23,356 nucleotides of DNA. It comes from Octopus sinensis (Eukaryota). The stretch spans positions 1-23,356 of the forward strand of contig NW_021836583.1 of NCBI RefSeq assembly GCF_006345805.1, written 5' to 3'. Positions 20,767 to 23,356 of the stretch are shown piece after piece. The position numbers and the translations under genes were made by a program. How positions within the stretch are numbered: the first letter of the stretch is position 1; each line of letters starts with the position of its first letter. Below the pieces are notes generated by a model. The model saw only the letters and a list, made by a program, of their open reading frames with translations, was not told where the DNA came from and searched no databases.

Positions 20767-20767
20767 T
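20240..20767. repeat. (TAC)n/(TAA)n microsatellite hosting a Dong-like insertion
   Basis: Direct reading. Confidence 0.95.
20428..20616 (+). mobile_element. Extremely 5'-truncated second copy of the R4/Dong element
   Basis: Aligns to the reverse complement of about 11415-11630; encodes ...TPGLTNTYNIHKIALLGTAHILRRTLSIQ*, then 3' UTR ending actactgaa-(taa)n. Confidence 0.9.
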
Positions 20768-20769
20768 AT

Positions 20770-20952
20770 TTACTCTTTTACTCTTTTACTTGTTTCAGTC
20801 ATTTGACTGCGGCCATGCTGGAGCACCGCCTTTAGCCGAGCAAATCGACCCCGGGACTTATTCTTTGTAAGCCTGGTACTTATTCTATCGGTCTCTTTTT
20901 TTCTGAATAAGGGTTGTTTAAGGATGATGAACAAAACACCTATGTGTGTAGC

Positions 20953-20986
<34 letters not shown>

Positions 20987-21109
20987 ACGGGCTTATTTCA
21001 GTTTCCGTCTAACAAATCCACTCACAAAACTTTGGCAGGCCCGAGTCTACAGTAGAAGACACATGCCCAAGATGCCACGCAGTGAAACTGAACCCGGAAC
21101 CTTGTGGAT
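20770..21109 (-). mobile_element. Family A SINE (well-preserved 3' part at 20770-20900, more decayed 5' part)
   Basis: Matches the family A tail exactly; head and CORE carry many substitutions. Confidence 0.8.
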
Positions 21110-21257
21110 AGCACTTTTTAAGTTTTAACACTTTAGTTTCATTTTCAGTTTTTCGTTTTCCGTTGTTTACTGTCTGCGTTTTCTATATGCTGCCTTATCA
21201 GTTTCCTCACGCTGCTTTTATTTATTCAATTTTTTAAAAATTCGTTATCATATGTGG

Positions 21258-21315
21258 TTTGCGTCTGAAGAATATGGTTGAGTTCTCTCAACATATGAAA
21301 CTATTAGTAGCACTT
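21258..21315 (+). ncRNA. Minimal type I hammerhead ribozyme motif (Penelope-type) with weak stem I
   Basis: CTGAAGA 21265-21271; stem II atatggttgag/ctcaacatat with ttct loop; GAAAC 21297-21301; act-att-agt helix III; GTA triplet 21307-21309. Confidence 0.65.
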
Positions 21316-21424
21316 TAAGACATGTATTGTGCCCTTTGAGTAAATAGTATTCATCTCTCACCAGATGGAGTACTTTTTTGTTGAATTTTCTGTCACGTAT
21401 CAATACATTATATATATATATATA

Positions 21425-21750
21425 ATAAATATTCCGGAATAAATCCAAACTTACAGGGAAAAATCAGATTTAGGATTGAATCGAATTTTATAGTAAAATA
21501 TTATATTATATTAAATTAGAGATAAAACCACTATTAGGCAAATCATACAATGAAAAACGTAAGCCAATACATAAGATTATTTAATTTATATCATTTAAAT
21601 ATATAACAAAATTATTTTAAAAAATATAATTAATATAACACTACGATCGTTTCATGGCTGTTAATTTCTTTAAATTTTCGAGTTACAGTCATTCATCAGG
21701 TGGTTTAAATATTTAACTTGGCGAGGTTTAATCTCTAATTTAATATAATA
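21425..21750. mobile_element. Probable Penelope-like element pseudo-LTR remnants
   Basis: Contains the minus-strand hammerhead and a 26-bp inverted repeat (21504-21529 versus 21724-21749, 25/26); no RT or GIY-YIG coding sequence recognised. Confidence 0.5.
21637..21704 (-). ncRNA. Minimal type I hammerhead ribozyme motif (Penelope-type)
   Basis: Minus strand: aaccac-CTGATGA-atgactgt..22 nt..acagccat-GAAAC-gatc-GTA-gtgtt; palindromic helix III acgatcgt; stem I cac/gtg extendable across a bulge. Confidence 0.8.
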
Positions 21751-21893
21751 TATATATATATATTATATTATATTTATATAATATATATATACATTTACAT
21801 TATATTATATATATATATATTATATATATAATATATTATATATATATATATAATATATATTATATATATACATATATATATATTATATATATA
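21745..21893. repeat. Interrupted (AT)n
   Basis: Direct reading. Confidence 0.9.
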
Positions 21894-22051
21894 GTAGAAA
21901 GATTATTTTTTCAACGCCTAAGTAATGATAGAACACCATACATAGGATAAAATCTTTATAGAGCAGAAAAATATGTCAGCAACCAACCATGAGTCCCGAA
22001 CTCACAGCCTTTTAATTTCCGGTCTAAGTGCTTTACCATTTAAGCTAAACT
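21894..22051 (-). mobile_element. Old AT-rich tRNA-derived SINE-like element (family E)
   Basis: Minus strand gtttagcttaaatggtaaagc (A box-like) and gagttcgggactc (B box-like); second, broken copy at 22585-22631, 23023-23103 and 23218-23250. Confidence 0.55.
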
Positions 22052-22124
22052 TTTCCCCTGACAAATTCTTCTGCAAATATTGAGTTTATAAACTCAACTA
22101 GAAACGCTAGATGAAATAGAGATT

Positions 22125-22512
22125 GGAATGCAATCACTCCGTCGGTTACGACGACGAGGGTTCCGGTTGATCCGAATCAACGGAACAGCCTGCTCGTGAA
22201 ATTAACGTGTAAGTGGCTGAGCACTCCACAGACGCGTGTACCCTTAACGTAGTTCTCGGGAATATTCAGCGTGACACAGAGAGTGACAAGGCCGGCCCTT
22301 TGAAATACGGGTACAACAGAAACAGGAAGTAAGAGTGAGAAAAAGTTGTGGTGAAAGAGTACAGCAGGGATCACCGCCATCCCCTGCCAGAGCCTCGTGG
22401 AGCTTTTAGGTGTTTTCGCTCAATAAACACTCACAACGCCCGGTCTGGGAATCGAAACCGCGATCCTACGACCGCGTGTCCGCTGCCCTAACCACTGGGC
22501 CATTGCGCCTCC
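22125..22512 (-). mobile_element. Family B SINE monomer
   Basis: Full head and tail; TSD gaaatagagatt (22113-22124) versus gaaatagaaatt (22513-22524), 11/12. Confidence 0.93.
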
Positions 22513-22631
22513 GAAATAGAAATTACGTCATATGTAAACAAACATAACTTTGTTTTTGAAGCACGGAAATGTATTGTAGTACATGTAGGAAGATATATTT
22601 TTCAACGCGAAACTACTGATAGAACAGTATA

Positions 22632-23022
22632 TCTATATATATAAAGCTGAAGCTGTCTGTGTGTGGCAGGTTTGGAAGCCTTCAACTAACACTATCTCCT
22701 CCAAGACCCTACGGCACAAGTTGACCAAAATTGAGAGTATGATAGAAAAAGGCTTGCTCTTCCTTCCGTAGAAGAAAAAATTCAAATCGGACCATGTTAA
22801 CACCAAAAATTATTTACATCAGAAAGGTCCTTTTTTTTCTATGAAAATCCCTATTTTTTACGATATTTTTACTGCTGTGTCGCCATTTTTCGGTGTATTT
22901 CAGCCAGAAAAATGTTCACTTAAAGAGAATAACAAGCTACCTAATGTAAAATTTTTACTTTTCAAAAATTCCCGTTCTAAAGGGTCGAAACAAACCCGAG
23001 CAACGCCGGGCGATACTGCTAG
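22632..23022 (+). mobile_element. Non-autonomous Helitron with a different interior but the same 3' end
   Basis: 5' tctatatatataaagctgaag; 3' cccg-agcaacgc-cggg-cgatactg-CTAG; between A22631 and T23023; removing it restores the flanking repeat. Confidence 0.88.
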
Positions 23023-23356
23023 TATAGGATAAAATCCTTGCAGAGCAGAAAAATCTGTCATCAACTAGTCATGAGACTCGAACTCATATCCCGTCAATTT
23101 CCGCTCGAAGCTTCTAAAATAAACTTACGTTTGTTTACATATGACGTAATTTCTATTCTGTCTAGCGTTTCTAGATGAACTTATAAATTCTAAATTGCAG
23201 AAGAATTTATCAGTGAAGTAGTTTAGCTTAAATGGTAAAGCACTTCGACCAGAAGCCATCACGCATGGCTCTAGTAACACAGGAATGGATGGCTGAACAT
23301 TTTCATGATCACATAACCCCTAACATTTGGCCTCCTAATTCTCCAGATCACAATCC

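Noticed and set aside
767-22512. Assigning published octopus SINE names (OK, OR1, OR2) or named central domains to families A-E
   Set aside because: Plausible, but I cannot map them reliably from memory; it needs a SINEBase/Repbase/Dfam comparison.
2-23032. Most ORFs in the supplied track (Y/I/T/H/V-rich, poly-I/L/Y, and recurrent peptides such as MVVIPAVLFHH and MSSNARGTNT)
   Set aside because: They are translations of microsatellites or SINE copies; only the Dong, Tc1/mariner and MULE fragments have recognisable protein motifs.

Overview
Repeat-saturated, gene-free animal DNA, most likely a coleoid cephalopod such as Octopus (inferred from the SINE types and the AT/TAA microsatellite load). 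I found no host protein-coding exon; almost all ORFs in the track are microsatellite or SINE artefacts. Contents: about 25 copies or remnants of five tRNA-derived SINE families (my labels A-E), two 5'-truncated R4/Dong-type retrotransposons in (TAA)n, an internally deleted DD37D Tc1/mariner, a decayed MULE transposase, three non-autonomous Helitrons and many microsatellites. Three signals stand out. (1) Unrelated SINE families occur as 'one head + several headless 3' units' concatemers inside a single target-site duplication (TSD). Family C uses the same junction at a hairpin apex at two loci, one dimer joins two different tails, and a CCA-ended tRNA-Asp piece is fused in front of a SINE; together these suggest template-jumping retroposition. 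(2) Two Penelope-type minimal hammerhead ribozyme motifs face each other at 21.26-21.70 kb. (3) A Dong-like insertion has an apparent TSD of about 80-107 bp. All alignments and folds were done by eye; family names need a library search.
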